A stretch of DNA of 64,000 bases. It comes from an uncultured delta proteobacterium (GTDB lineage Bacteria > Myxococcota_A > Polyangia > Fen-1088). The notes beneath the pieces are model-generated. The model searched no databases and was not told the origin of the DNA. It saw nothing but the letters and a program-made list of their open reading frames with translations. The stretch spans positions 1 to 64,000 of the forward strand of contig CAWCMR010000021.1 in NCBI GenBank assembly GCA_963796685.1. The letters are read 5' to 3'. The position numbers and the translations under genes were made by a program. Positions 56,240 to 64,000 of this stretch are shown here, piece by piece. Position 1 is the stretch's first letter; each line of letters starts with the position of its first letter.

Positions 56240-56610
56240 CTAGCCCTGCAGATTTCTGCGGTCCAACCCCAGAGACCCTGACAGGTGTGTCATGGGCGAC
56301 GGGTCGAAGGACCGCGGTTGTGGTTCTGGGATTTTCAAGAAATCCCCAAAATTTCGATACGATAGCTGACTTGAATGGAGGCCCATGGCCTCCGGCACGG
56401 GACTTGCTGACACAGGCGACAGGCAACAAGGCTTCAACTCCATTGTTGCTTATCCTCCCACGCACCGGCGCGAGCCGGTGTGCCTAAAATCGCGAATGTC
56501 AATGACATTCGCTTAACATAGATAGACAAACTTAACCAGCATGGCCTATGTAGCCCCGCAGCCCTCGTGGACGAGATCCACGGGGGCTGTGCAGTATCAG
56601 GGGCGCTGGT

Positions 56611-56799
56611 CGCGTGGGCGAGGCCGCGCGCAGCGCGGGGGTGGCAGGGCGGGTGGTGGGTGCCGAGGGTGAAGCGAGCCGGCGAGCTTTGCTCGCAGCG
56701 GACCATCGCGGGAGGGTTTGGCGAGGCCGCGCGCAGCGCGGGGGTGGCAGGGCGGGTGGTGGGTGCCGAGGGTGAAGCGAACTCTTTCAGGGTTCCCAT
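56611..56799 (+). repeat. Modular intergenic repeat, copy 2, with two identical 57-bp G-rich inserts
   Basis: Exact 61-bp direct repeats at 56617-56677 and 56720-56780; backbone matches 41730-41807. Confidence 0.85.
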
Positions 56800-56800
56800 G

Positions 56801-57610
56801 TCAGCGCAGCTCCGTTGCATAGAGACAGACATAGGCACCTACGAAGAGAAGAGCGTCGATTCGATCCAGAATCCCGCCATGACCGGGCAGCAGTCGGCCC
56901 GAGTCCTTGGCCCCCGCCGCCCGCTTGAGCAAAGACTCGACCAGGTCCCCGGCCGGACCGACGATGGCCGCTGGCACGCCGATCATCACGCAATCGCGCA
57001 GGGTGAGCGTGGGCATGAACAGCGCGCGCGCCGCCAAGGCAACGGCGAAGCTGGCCGCCAAACCACCCACGGCCCCCTCGACGGTCTTGCCCGGCGAAAT
57101 GGCAGGTGCCAGCTTGTGGCGGCCCAAGGCACGGCCGGTGAAGTAGGCGCCGGTGTCGTTGCCGAAGGTGACCGCGATGGCCAGCGCCACCCATGCCGAT
57201 CCCATGCGCGCATGCAGAAGGGGTAGCGCGGCGAGGAGCCCGCCGACGTAGAAGACGCCGAAGCCCGCCGACGCCAGCCGCGTCCAGGCCGCGGGAAGAT
57301 CGGTGGCTCGCGGCAGCAGCAGAAGCCCGCTGGCCATCACCGCGGCGAAGGTCCAGGTCAGGCCCATCTCCGGACGCAAGGCCAGACCCAGGAAAAGCCC
57401 GCAGCCGAGAAGCACGATGCCTGCACGCTCGGCCCAGGGACGCCTCGGCATGGTCAGCCCGGTGTACTCGACCAAAGCCAAGAGCGCGGCGAGGAAACAA
57501 AGCGCGGTGAAGCCGCGCGAGTCACGCCAAAACACGAAAGCGCCGACGATCGGCAGGCCCACCACCGCGGTGGCCACGCGAACCAGCAGATTTCTCCGCC
57601 CCATCGTCAC
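56801..57610 (-). CDS. cdsA: Phosphatidate cytidylyltransferase
   Basis: DTGAYFTGR..G.HKLAPAISPGKTVEG, GDLVESLLKR..GAKDSG.LLPGHGGILDRID. Confidence 0.96.
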   Translation of the reverse strand: MTMGRRNLLVRVATAVVGLPIVGAFVFWRDSRGFTALCFLAALLALVEYTGLTMPRRPWAERAGIVLLGCGLFLGLALRPEMGLTWTFAAVMASGLLLLPRATDLPAAWTRLASAGFGVFYVGGLLAALPLLHARMGSAWVALAIAVTFGNDTGAYFTGRALGRHKLAPAISPGKTVEGAVGGLAASFAVALAARALFMPTLTLRDCVMIGVPAAIVGPAGDLVESLLKRAAGAKDSGRLLPGHGGILDRIDALLFVGAYVCLYATELR

Positions 57611-57632
57611 CGACCGCGCTCCCCTTCCATTT

Positions 57633-57772
57633 TAATGGGACCCCTGCGAGGGCGCGTGAAAAGTGCCTGAGCTTTCTGTCGCAGGAGGACAGCGATGCGA
57701 CTGCCAGCTTCCCCTCTCCCGGCCCACCACCCACGCGGGCGCCACCGCGCTTCGCGCGGCCTCGCCCACGCG
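57633..57772 (-). repeat. Modular intergenic repeat, copy 3 (diverged, inverted)
   Basis: Minus strand CGCGTGGGCGAGGCCGCGCGAAGCGCGG...GGGTGGTGGG...GAAGC, ending CAGGGGTCCCATTA. Confidence 0.7.
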
Positions 57773-57778
57773 TATGGA

Positions 57779-58516
57779 CTATCCAATCTTGCGCAGCTGC
57801 TCGCCGGTTCGTCCGAACCTGCGCTCGCGCCCCCGGTAGGAGTCGAGCGCGCGTATGAATTCTGCCCGGCCGAAGTCCGGCCAGAAGGTTTCCGTGAAGT
57901 AGAGCTCAGCATAGGCGGATTCCCACAAAAGGAAGTTGGAAAGCCGCTCTTCGCCAGAGGTGCGAATCATCAGGTCGAGCTGCGGCAGTCCGTGGGTCTG
58001 CATCGCGGCCTGGAAGCGTTCTTCGTCGATGTCCTCGGAATTGAGGGCACCCGCTTTCACCATGTCGCACAGCGAGCGCGTGGTCGCAACGATCGACTCA
58101 CGGCCGCCATACGACAGCGCCAGGCACAGGGTCATTCTGCGATTGTTCGCCGAGTCTCGCTTGAGAGCCTCCAAGGGCTCGCGCACGTAGCTCGGCAGTC
58201 GATCGACATTGCCAATCGTGATGAGGCGAATGTCGTTGTCCATGATCTCGGGTCGTTCATCGATGACGTAGTCACGCAGAAGCTGCATCAGCATGGCCAC
58301 TTCGTCGGGTGGCCGCAGCCAGTTCTGCGCCGAGAAAGCGTACAGGGTCAGAGCCCGCACCCCGATCTCGCGGGCCGCGCGCACGACCTCGCGCACCGCC
58401 ACCGCCCCTCGCCGATGGCCTTCGATGCGCGGCAATCCGCGCAACTGCGCCCAGCGACCATTCCCGTCCATGATGATTGCGACGTGTCGCGGCAGGCTGC
58501 TTGGATCAGAAGACAT
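57779..58516 (-). CDS. uppS: Undecaprenyl diphosphate synthase
   Basis: HVAIIMDGNGRWA, YAFSAQNW.RP, ALSYGGR, IRTSGEERLSNFLLW, FWPDF. Confidence 0.97.
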   Translation of the reverse strand: MSSDPSSLPRHVAIIMDGNGRWAQLRGLPRIEGHRRGAVAVREVVRAAREIGVRALTLYAFSAQNWLRPPDEVAMLMQLLRDYVIDERPEIMDNDIRLITIGNVDRLPSYVREPLEALKRDSANNRRMTLCLALSYGGRESIVATTRSLCDMVKAGALNSEDIDEERFQAAMQTHGLPQLDLMIRTSGEERLSNFLLWESAYAELYFTETFWPDFGRAEFIRALDSYRGRERRFGRTGEQLRKIG

Positions 58517-58843
58517 ATGGCGTTCTCGGGTACCACATGAACAGACTTCCTTCAACTGGCGCAAGTACATCCTGCAAAGAACCGAGCTGTTCGGGCGAAC
58601 CCAAGGGGGAAGGTATACTCACGGTGGTGGACGTAGGTTACAACGAAATCCGAGATCAACGTGAGTCGCAACGTATTTTCCAGTCACCGAGCGCACAGAT
58701 TTCGATCGCTGGCCGTCCCTACTATGCCATGTGTCAACGGAACTCGGCAAACGAGTTTGTGGACCGTCCAGGAATCGTCTACGCTCGAAGTCCATCGTAC
58801 GACGTAGGTTGGGTCGGATCCCAAAGGAAAGGCGCATTCTCGC

Positions 58844-59227
58844 ATGAAAACGCGTGAGGACATCGAGTCGTATTTGCTCAAGACGGGCGTCGGGTACGAC
58901 GATCTGGGCGGTAACATCTGGCGTCTCCACTTCAACGGTATCGAGAGCCTGCTGGTTTCCCTGGCCGGACCGATCGTCGTGTTCCGACTCAAGATGATGG
59001 AGGTGCCGAGCGCCAAGCGCGAAGCGCTCTTCGAGACCCTGCTGCGCCTCAACACCACCGAGCTCTTCCACTGCGCTTTTGGCATCGAGGGCAACGCCAT
59101 CGTGCTGGGCAGCGCGCTCGCGCTCGAAAACATGGATCTCAACGAATTTCAGGCCGTCATCGACGACATGGGCATGGCCGTCAGCAAGCTGTATCCCGTG
59201 CTATCGAAATTCAGGACCGCAGCCTAG
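58844..59227 (+). CDS. CesT/YbjN-like chaperone-fold protein
   Basis: 127 aa; LFETLLRLN, AFGI, LENMDLNEF; upstream of pspA. Confidence 0.7.
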   Translation: MKTREDIESYLLKTGVGYDDLGGNIWRLHFNGIESLLVSLAGPIVVFRLKMMEVPSAKREALFETLLRLNTTELFHCAFGIEGNAIVLGSALALENMDLNEFQAVIDDMGMAVSKLYPVLSKFRTAA

Positions 59228-59256
59228 CTTCAGACCCGCAGCAGAGGAAAACCGTC

Positions 59257-60039
59257 ATGGGAATTTTTTCGCGCATCGGAACCCTGTTCAAGTCCAACAT
59301 CAACGACGTCATCTCCAAGGCGGAAGACCCGGAGAAGATGCTCAACCAGATCGTCCTCGACATGCAGAACCAGCTGATCGAGGCCAAGAAGCAGGTCGCG
59401 GTCTCGATAGCGGACCAGAAGCGTCTGGAAAAACAGCGCGACGAGCAAGGCGACCTGGCCCAAGAGTGGGAACGCAAGGCCATGCTGGCGGTGCGCGCGA
59501 ACGACGAAGGCCTGGCGCGCGAGGCGCTCAAGCGCAAGGCCGAGCACGACAGCCAGCTCGCCGAATTCGGCAAACAGGCCCAGCTGCAAAAGGACGCGGT
59601 CGACAAGCTCAAGGATCAGCTGCGCGCGCTCAACGACAAGATCGAGGAGGCCAGGCGCAAGAAGAACATCCTCATCGCGCGCCAGAAGCGGGCCGAGGCC
59701 CAGAAGACCATCCAGGGCACCATGAGCGGGCTGTCCGACACGGGCGCCTTCGACACCTTCGAACGCATGTCGCAGAAGGTGGATCAAATCGAGGCCGAGG
59801 CCGACGCGAACACCGAGCTCGGCAACGAGCTGACCGGGGACACCCTGGCGCAGAAATTCAAGGCCCTCGAGTCCGGACCGGTCAGCCAAGACGACGCCCT
59901 GGCCGAGCTCAAGGCCAAGATGGGCCTCGGACCCATGCCCGAGGCCAAGGGTGCCCTGCCCGCTGCGACGTCCGACCCGCTGGCGGAGCGCGAAGGCGCG
60001 AAGGCGAGCGCGGCCCCCGTGCCGACCCGCAACAAGTAG
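59257..60039 (+). CDS. pspA: PspA/IM30 family protein
   Basis: MGIFSRI...AEDPEKMLNQ..DM, LAREAL, FERM..KV, LAELKAKMG. Confidence 0.93.
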   Translation: MGIFSRIGTLFKSNINDVISKAEDPEKMLNQIVLDMQNQLIEAKKQVAVSIADQKRLEKQRDEQGDLAQEWERKAMLAVRANDEGLAREALKRKAEHDSQLAEFGKQAQLQKDAVDKLKDQLRALNDKIEEARRKKNILIARQKRAEAQKTIQGTMSGLSDTGAFDTFERMSQKVDQIEAEADANTELGNELTGDTLAQKFKALESGPVSQDDALAELKAKMGLGPMPEAKGALPAATSDPLAEREGAKASAAPVPTRNK

Positions 60040-60120
60040 GATGGACGTGATGGGAGCTTGCCGCCTCCGTGCCCTTCGCGGATCCGAGCACCATGCCATC
60101 CGCGGGACGCCGGCGGTGTA

Positions 60121-63100
60121 ATGGCAAAGACGATCCTGCTCGTTGAAGACGATCCCATCGCGCGCAAAGCGGTGGAACGTCTGATCTGCAGCGAGCCACG
60201 CCTGGCCGGCATCGAGCCACGCGTGGTCCAGGCCGCCAGCGGACAGCAGGGCCTGGCCGTGTTCGTCTCGGAACGACCCGACCTCATCATCACGGATCTC
60301 TACATGCCGGCGATGGATGGCTTTTCCCTCTGTCGTTCGATCCGCGAAGCCCCGTTCGGCCAAGAGGTTCCCATCATCGTGACCTCGGGGATCTACAAGG
60401 ATCCAGCGCTGGCCAGCAGCCTCAGCGACGAGGTACGGGCGTGCTTTCTGCCCAAGCCCCTGCAGCCCGACGACCTCGTGCGCACCATCCTGGAGTGCCT
60501 CGGCCAGCCGCTGCCGGCGCAAGAGAGCACCGGCGGGATGAAGCCACAGCCGCACCACCGGGCCGAGGACCAGGCCATGGCGCCCGATCCGGCGGCGAAA
60601 TTCCGGTCCACGGAAAAACGCGACATCGCCATCGACCTGGCCGGGCTCGAGCCGCCGCCGGCCCCGGCAGCGCCACCCCAGCCCGACAAGCCGGCCCCTG
60701 CGGTGGAAGTCGTCGCCGTTCCCCCCTCCGCGGGTAACCCCATCGGCGCGGGCTCGCTGGCGAAAACGCACGTGGCACGCCTGATCTTCGACCTGGCCGA
60801 AACCTCCATCGTGGGCACGCTCAGCTTCGCCCACGGCAAGGTTCGCAAGGATCTCTACGTTCGCGGCGGACAGGTGGTCGCCGCCGATTCCAACCTGCGC
60901 CAGGAGGCGCTGGGCACCCTCCTGTGCGCCAAGGGCATCATCGACGAGGGCCAGCTCGCCTTCGTCCTCGCCGAGACCAAGAAGCGCGGGCACAAGATGG
61001 GCGCGGTCCTCATCGAGCTCGGCTGGCTCACGCCCGAGGAGGTCTTGCAGTGCCTGGCCGCCCAGGCGCGCAAGCGCATCGTGGATTGCCTGCGCTGGGA
61101 CGAGGGCAGCTACAGCTTCACGCCGGGCGACAGCTTCGGCGAGCGGGTCATCGAGCACGATCTCGATGTCGCCAAATCGATCTTTCTCGGCCTCTATCGC
61201 AGCGCCACGCCCGAGGCCTTGGTGGACCGCTTCGATCAAAGCGGGGCCTGTCCGGTGCAGCTCACGCAACGCTTCGACCGCTACAGCGGTGCGTTCGAGG
61301 AGACCTTCGGGGGCGACATTTCGAGCATCATCGCCGACGCCCCCACCGTCGGCGCCCTGTCCTTGCGCGAGGACGCGCACGTGGTGATGGCGGAGATCGA
61401 GGCGCTGCTCGAAACCGGGCTGGCCGCGCTCGGAGACCCCATGGACGAAGAGGAGACCTCGACGACCGCCCTCGAATCCTCGTTCTCCCTGGAAAAGCTG
61501 GGGGCCGAGCTGAACAGGCGCTTCGAGGCCATCGTCGAGAGCCCGGCCAACGTGAGCTTTACCGAGATTCGCAAAGCCGAGGTCCTGCCGATGTCGGGCC
61601 CCGGCTACGCGCGCACGGCCGAGGAATCGAACTCGGGCGCGCTCGACATCGGCTACTCGACCAAGTCCGAGCGCCGCACGGGAACGCACCCCGTCGTGGT
61701 GCCGGCCTCGGACCTGCGCCAGCGCCTGCTGCACGAGTACCTGATGATTCACGGCAAGTCGCACTACGAGATCCTCGGTGTCACGCCGCAGACAGCGGTA
61801 AGCCGGATCGAAGAGGCCGTGCTGGCGAAGTTGGCCAGTTTCTCCGACGAGGAAGTGGCGGGCGCCGACCTGGCGCCGGCGGACCGGGCCAGGCTGGACG
61901 CCGTGCGCGCGGCCATCACCCAGGCCGGCCGGATCTTGTGCGCCCCGACCGAGCGCGAAGGCTACGACCGGCGCCTGGTCACGGCCAGCACCGCCGCCGT
62001 CGATCCCCTGGGGGCCGAGCTGGCCTTCGGCGAGGCCATGCAGCTCTTCCAGGCCGAACGCTTCGATGAGGCATTGGTGAAATTCGAGACCGCGGTGAGC
62101 GCGCGGCCTGACCAGGCGCTTTACCACGCCTATCTCGGCTGGGCCGGCTTCGTGGCGAGCGGTCCGGACAAGGCCAGCGAGGCCCGCGATCGCCTGCACC
62201 ACGCCCTGGCCCTCGATCCCGATCTGGCCGAGGCCCACGCCATGCTCGGGCGACTGGCCGCCACCGAGGACGACGCGCGGACCGCGCGCCGCCACCTGGA
62301 GCAAAGCCTGACCATCGAGCCCGAGCAGGCGGAGGCCGTGGCCCTGCTGCTCGAAGCCTATGCCCGCTTGCCCGAGCCCGATCCGCGAGGGGCCGAGCGC
62401 TTCCTGCGCAAGCTGGTTTCCGCCCTGGGCGAGCGGGCGGAGCCCCTGCGCCAGCGCATCTGGCTTGCCCTGGGCGCGCTCTACGAGGACGAGCTCGCCG
62501 ATCGAAGCTCGGCCCGCATCGCCTACGACACCGCCGCGCGCCTGGCGCCGAGACACATCGACAGCGTGCGCAAGTCGCTCGAGCTCAACTCGGAGGATCC
62601 CGCGCGCTGGCGCGAAACCGCCCACGCCCTGGCGTCGGAGTGGCATCTCCACCCCCACGACAGCGCACCCGCCGCCCGGTTGCTGTCCCTGTTCCGCAGC
62701 CAAGGACAGCAAGGCGCGGCAGCGACGACCGCCGCGGCCATGGTCCTGCGCGGCCTTGCCGACGAGCCGACGCGCACGCTGGCCGACCAAGGACGGCCCC
62801 TCTCCCTGCGCCGGATCTCCGGACCGCTGCCCGCCAACCTTCTGGCCCGCGCAGGCTACCGCGCCGAAGAAAGCGACCTCGAAGAGCTCGCAGCCTTGCT
62901 GGTCGAAACCTCGGTGCTCAAACCCTTCACCCGCGACGAGCTGGGACTGCTGGATACCGACACCCCGTTGTCCGCCGCAGCCGAGCCCGCGCCCTTTCGA
63001 GACGTTCTGCACTACGTGTGCGGCCTCTTCCAAACCCAGGTGCCCGAAACAATCATCAGGGTGCCGGTCCTGGGCGGGGACGCCCGGCTTGCCGACCTAC

Positions 63101-63594
63101 GCCCGCCCGCGCTCCTGTGCGGCCAGCTCCTGCTCGATACCGAAGATACCGTCGAGCTCGCGTTTCGGCTCGGCCGGGCCATGGCCCTTTGCGCGCCGGG
63201 GCGCCTCGCGGGCTCGGCGCGTTCGGGCGGACAGATGCGACCCTACTTCGTCGCGGCGCTGGCCCTGGCCAACGCCGCCGGACCGGTGAAGGGACCGGCG
63301 GCGCTCGAGGCCAGCAAGTCCATCGCCGAGCTGGATGGCGCCGCGCAGGCCCGCATCCTGGAAGCTGCCCAGGCCATCAAACGCAAGTACGACAACCTGA
63401 ACCTCAGCGTGTGGGGGCGTGGTCTGGCTCGCGTGGCGACGCGTCTGGCGTTGCTCATCTCCGGCGATCTCCTGCGCATGGGCCGGGCCGTGGTGGAGGA
63501 AGACGGCCCCGCGGCCCTCGACGACCTGCTGACCTTTGCCCTGTCGCTCGACTATCTCGACCTGCGCCAGGAGCTAGGCCTCACAACAGCATGA
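60121..63594 (+). CDS. Multidomain response regulator: REC + DUF4388-like + degenerate J-like + TPR
   Basis: ILLVEDD, IITDLYMPAMDG, LPKP; LGTLL..G.I and W.EGSYSF; HYEILGV...YD; TPR repeats. Confidence 0.8.
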   Translation: MAKTILLVEDDPIARKAVERLICSEPRLAGIEPRVVQAASGQQGLAVFVSERPDLIITDLYMPAMDGFSLCRSIREAPFGQEVPIIVTSGIYKDPALASSLSDEVRACFLPKPLQPDDLVRTILECLGQPLPAQESTGGMKPQPHHRAEDQAMAPDPAAKFRSTEKRDIAIDLAGLEPPPAPAAPPQPDKPAPAVEVVAVPPSAGNPIGAGSLAKTHVARLIFDLAETSIVGTLSFAHGKVRKDLYVRGGQVVAADSNLRQEALGTLLCAKGIIDEGQLAFVLAETKKRGHKMGAVLIELGWLTPEEVLQCLAAQARKRIVDCLRWDEGSYSFTPGDSFGERVIEHDLDVAKSIFLGLYRSATPEALVDRFDQSGACPVQLTQRFDRYSGAFEETFGGDISSIIADAPTVGALSLREDAHVVMAEIEALLETGLAALGDPMDEEETSTTALESSFSLEKLGAELNRRFEAIVESPANVSFTEIRKAEVLPMSGPGYARTAEESNSGALDIGYSTKSERRTGTHPVVVPASDLRQRLLHEYLMIHGKSHYEILGVTPQTAVSRIEEAVLAKLASFSDEEVAGADLAPADRARLDAVRAAITQAGRILCAPTEREGYDRRLVTASTAAVDPLGAELAFGEAMQLFQAERFDEALVKFETAVSARPDQALYHAYLGWAGFVASGPDKASEARDRLHHALALDPDLAEAHAMLGRLAATEDDARTARRHLEQSLTIEPEQAEAVALLLEAYARLPEPDPRGAERFLRKLVSALGERAEPLRQRIWLALGALYEDELADRSSARIAYDTAARLAPRHIDSVRKSLELNSEDPARWRETAHALASEWHLHPHDSAPAARLLSLFRSQGQQGAAATTAAAMVLRGLADEPTRTLADQGRPLSLRRISGPLPANLLARAGYRAEESDLEELAALLVETSVLKPFTRDELGLLDTDTPLSAAAEPAPFRDVLHYVCGLFQTQVPETIIRVPVLGGDARLADLRPPALLCGQLLLDTEDTVELAFRLGRAMALCAPGRLAGSARSGGQMRPYFVAALALANAAGPVKGPAALEASKSIAELDGAAQARILEAAQAIKRKYDNLNLSVWGRGLARVATRLALLISGDLLRMGRAVVEEDGPAALDDLLTFALSLDYLDLRQELGLTTA

Positions 63595-63798
63595 CCTGCC
63601 TCACGCCGCGCCGTTGCTCTGAAGCTTTTCCGGTGGTAGGGATTGTGGAAAGGGTGATAGGGCTGCTATACGGCATGGGACGATCGGTTGGTCAGGGCAA
63701 ACGCGGGGCGCTCCGGCACCGCGCGAGCAAGGGGGAGGGTTGGTTTTCGTTCCGATGAGCAGTTCGAGCATGAAGTCCGGAGAGGAAGAACCAAACCG

Positions 63799-64000
63799 AT
63801 GGCCCAAAGTCAGACGCACACGACGGCACGCTTCAATGGAGTGAAGATCTTCTCCGCCACCATGGCCCAAGAGCGCGAGAACCTGGGTGAGAAGGTGACG
63901 CTTTGGATTCGCGAGCATCCCCAGTGCCAGGTAGTGGACACCATCGTGACCCAGTCGTCGGACGAGGCCTTCCACTGCCTCGCCATCACCGTCTTCTACC
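63799..64000 (+). CDS. Small conserved myxobacterial-type protein (partial, runs off window end)
   Basis: MAQSQ...FNGVKIFSATMAQERENLGEKVT.W...IVTQSSDEAFHCLAITVFY; absent from the ORF track because no stop lies in the window. Confidence 0.7.
   Translation, partial: MAQSQTHTTARFNGVKIFSATMAQERENLGEKVTLWIREHPQCQVVDTIVTQSSDEAFHCLAITVFY

Noticed and set aside
56617-56780. Two identical 61-bp repeats with a 42-bp spacer as a mini-CRISPR
   Set aside because: Only two units, repeat too long, no cas genes, and the spacer belongs to another dispersed repeat.
59230-63033. Very long antisense ORFs (also 22837-25386, 44985-47942, 11245-13422)
   Set aside because: Shadow frames of real high-GC genes with no recognisable motifs.

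Overview
High-GC chromosomal window, most likely from a Polyangia-type myxobacterium (Gly-rich-linker lipoproteins, a MYXO-CTERM protein, a DUF4388/J-like/TPR response regulator). In order it holds: (1) a pectin/galactan-degrading lipoprotein cluster, a truncated globin and a DCC1-LMF1 fusion; (2) a complete Mo-nitrogenase cluster nifA-nifHDK-X-fdxB-W-E-N-draG-draT-B-V, with a clear sigma54 promoter and apparently mosaic ancestry; (3) a TonB receptor/YfiR/lipoprotein module; (4) an AT-richer island where a 931-codon choice-of-anchor-A + S10 carboxypeptidase gene is split by an ISL3 and an ISKra4-like element (IRs and 8-bp TSDs readable); (5) mreBCD-mrdA-rodA, argE plus an NAGS-like gene, and a VWA/MopE-repeat MYXO-CTERM protein; (6) a 5'-truncated IS91-family HUH transposase running into an attC-like hairpin that heads an integrase-less cassette array (HEPN gene, RHH-PemK toxin-antitoxin pair, BrnT remnant), the most novel-looking element; (7) housekeeping genes (rlmL, rng, cdsA, uppS, pspA) with a modular nested intergenic repeat family. 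Many single-base frameshifts, including one in rng, suggest assembly indels, so pseudogene calls are tentative. Family assignments come from motif recognition, not database searches.
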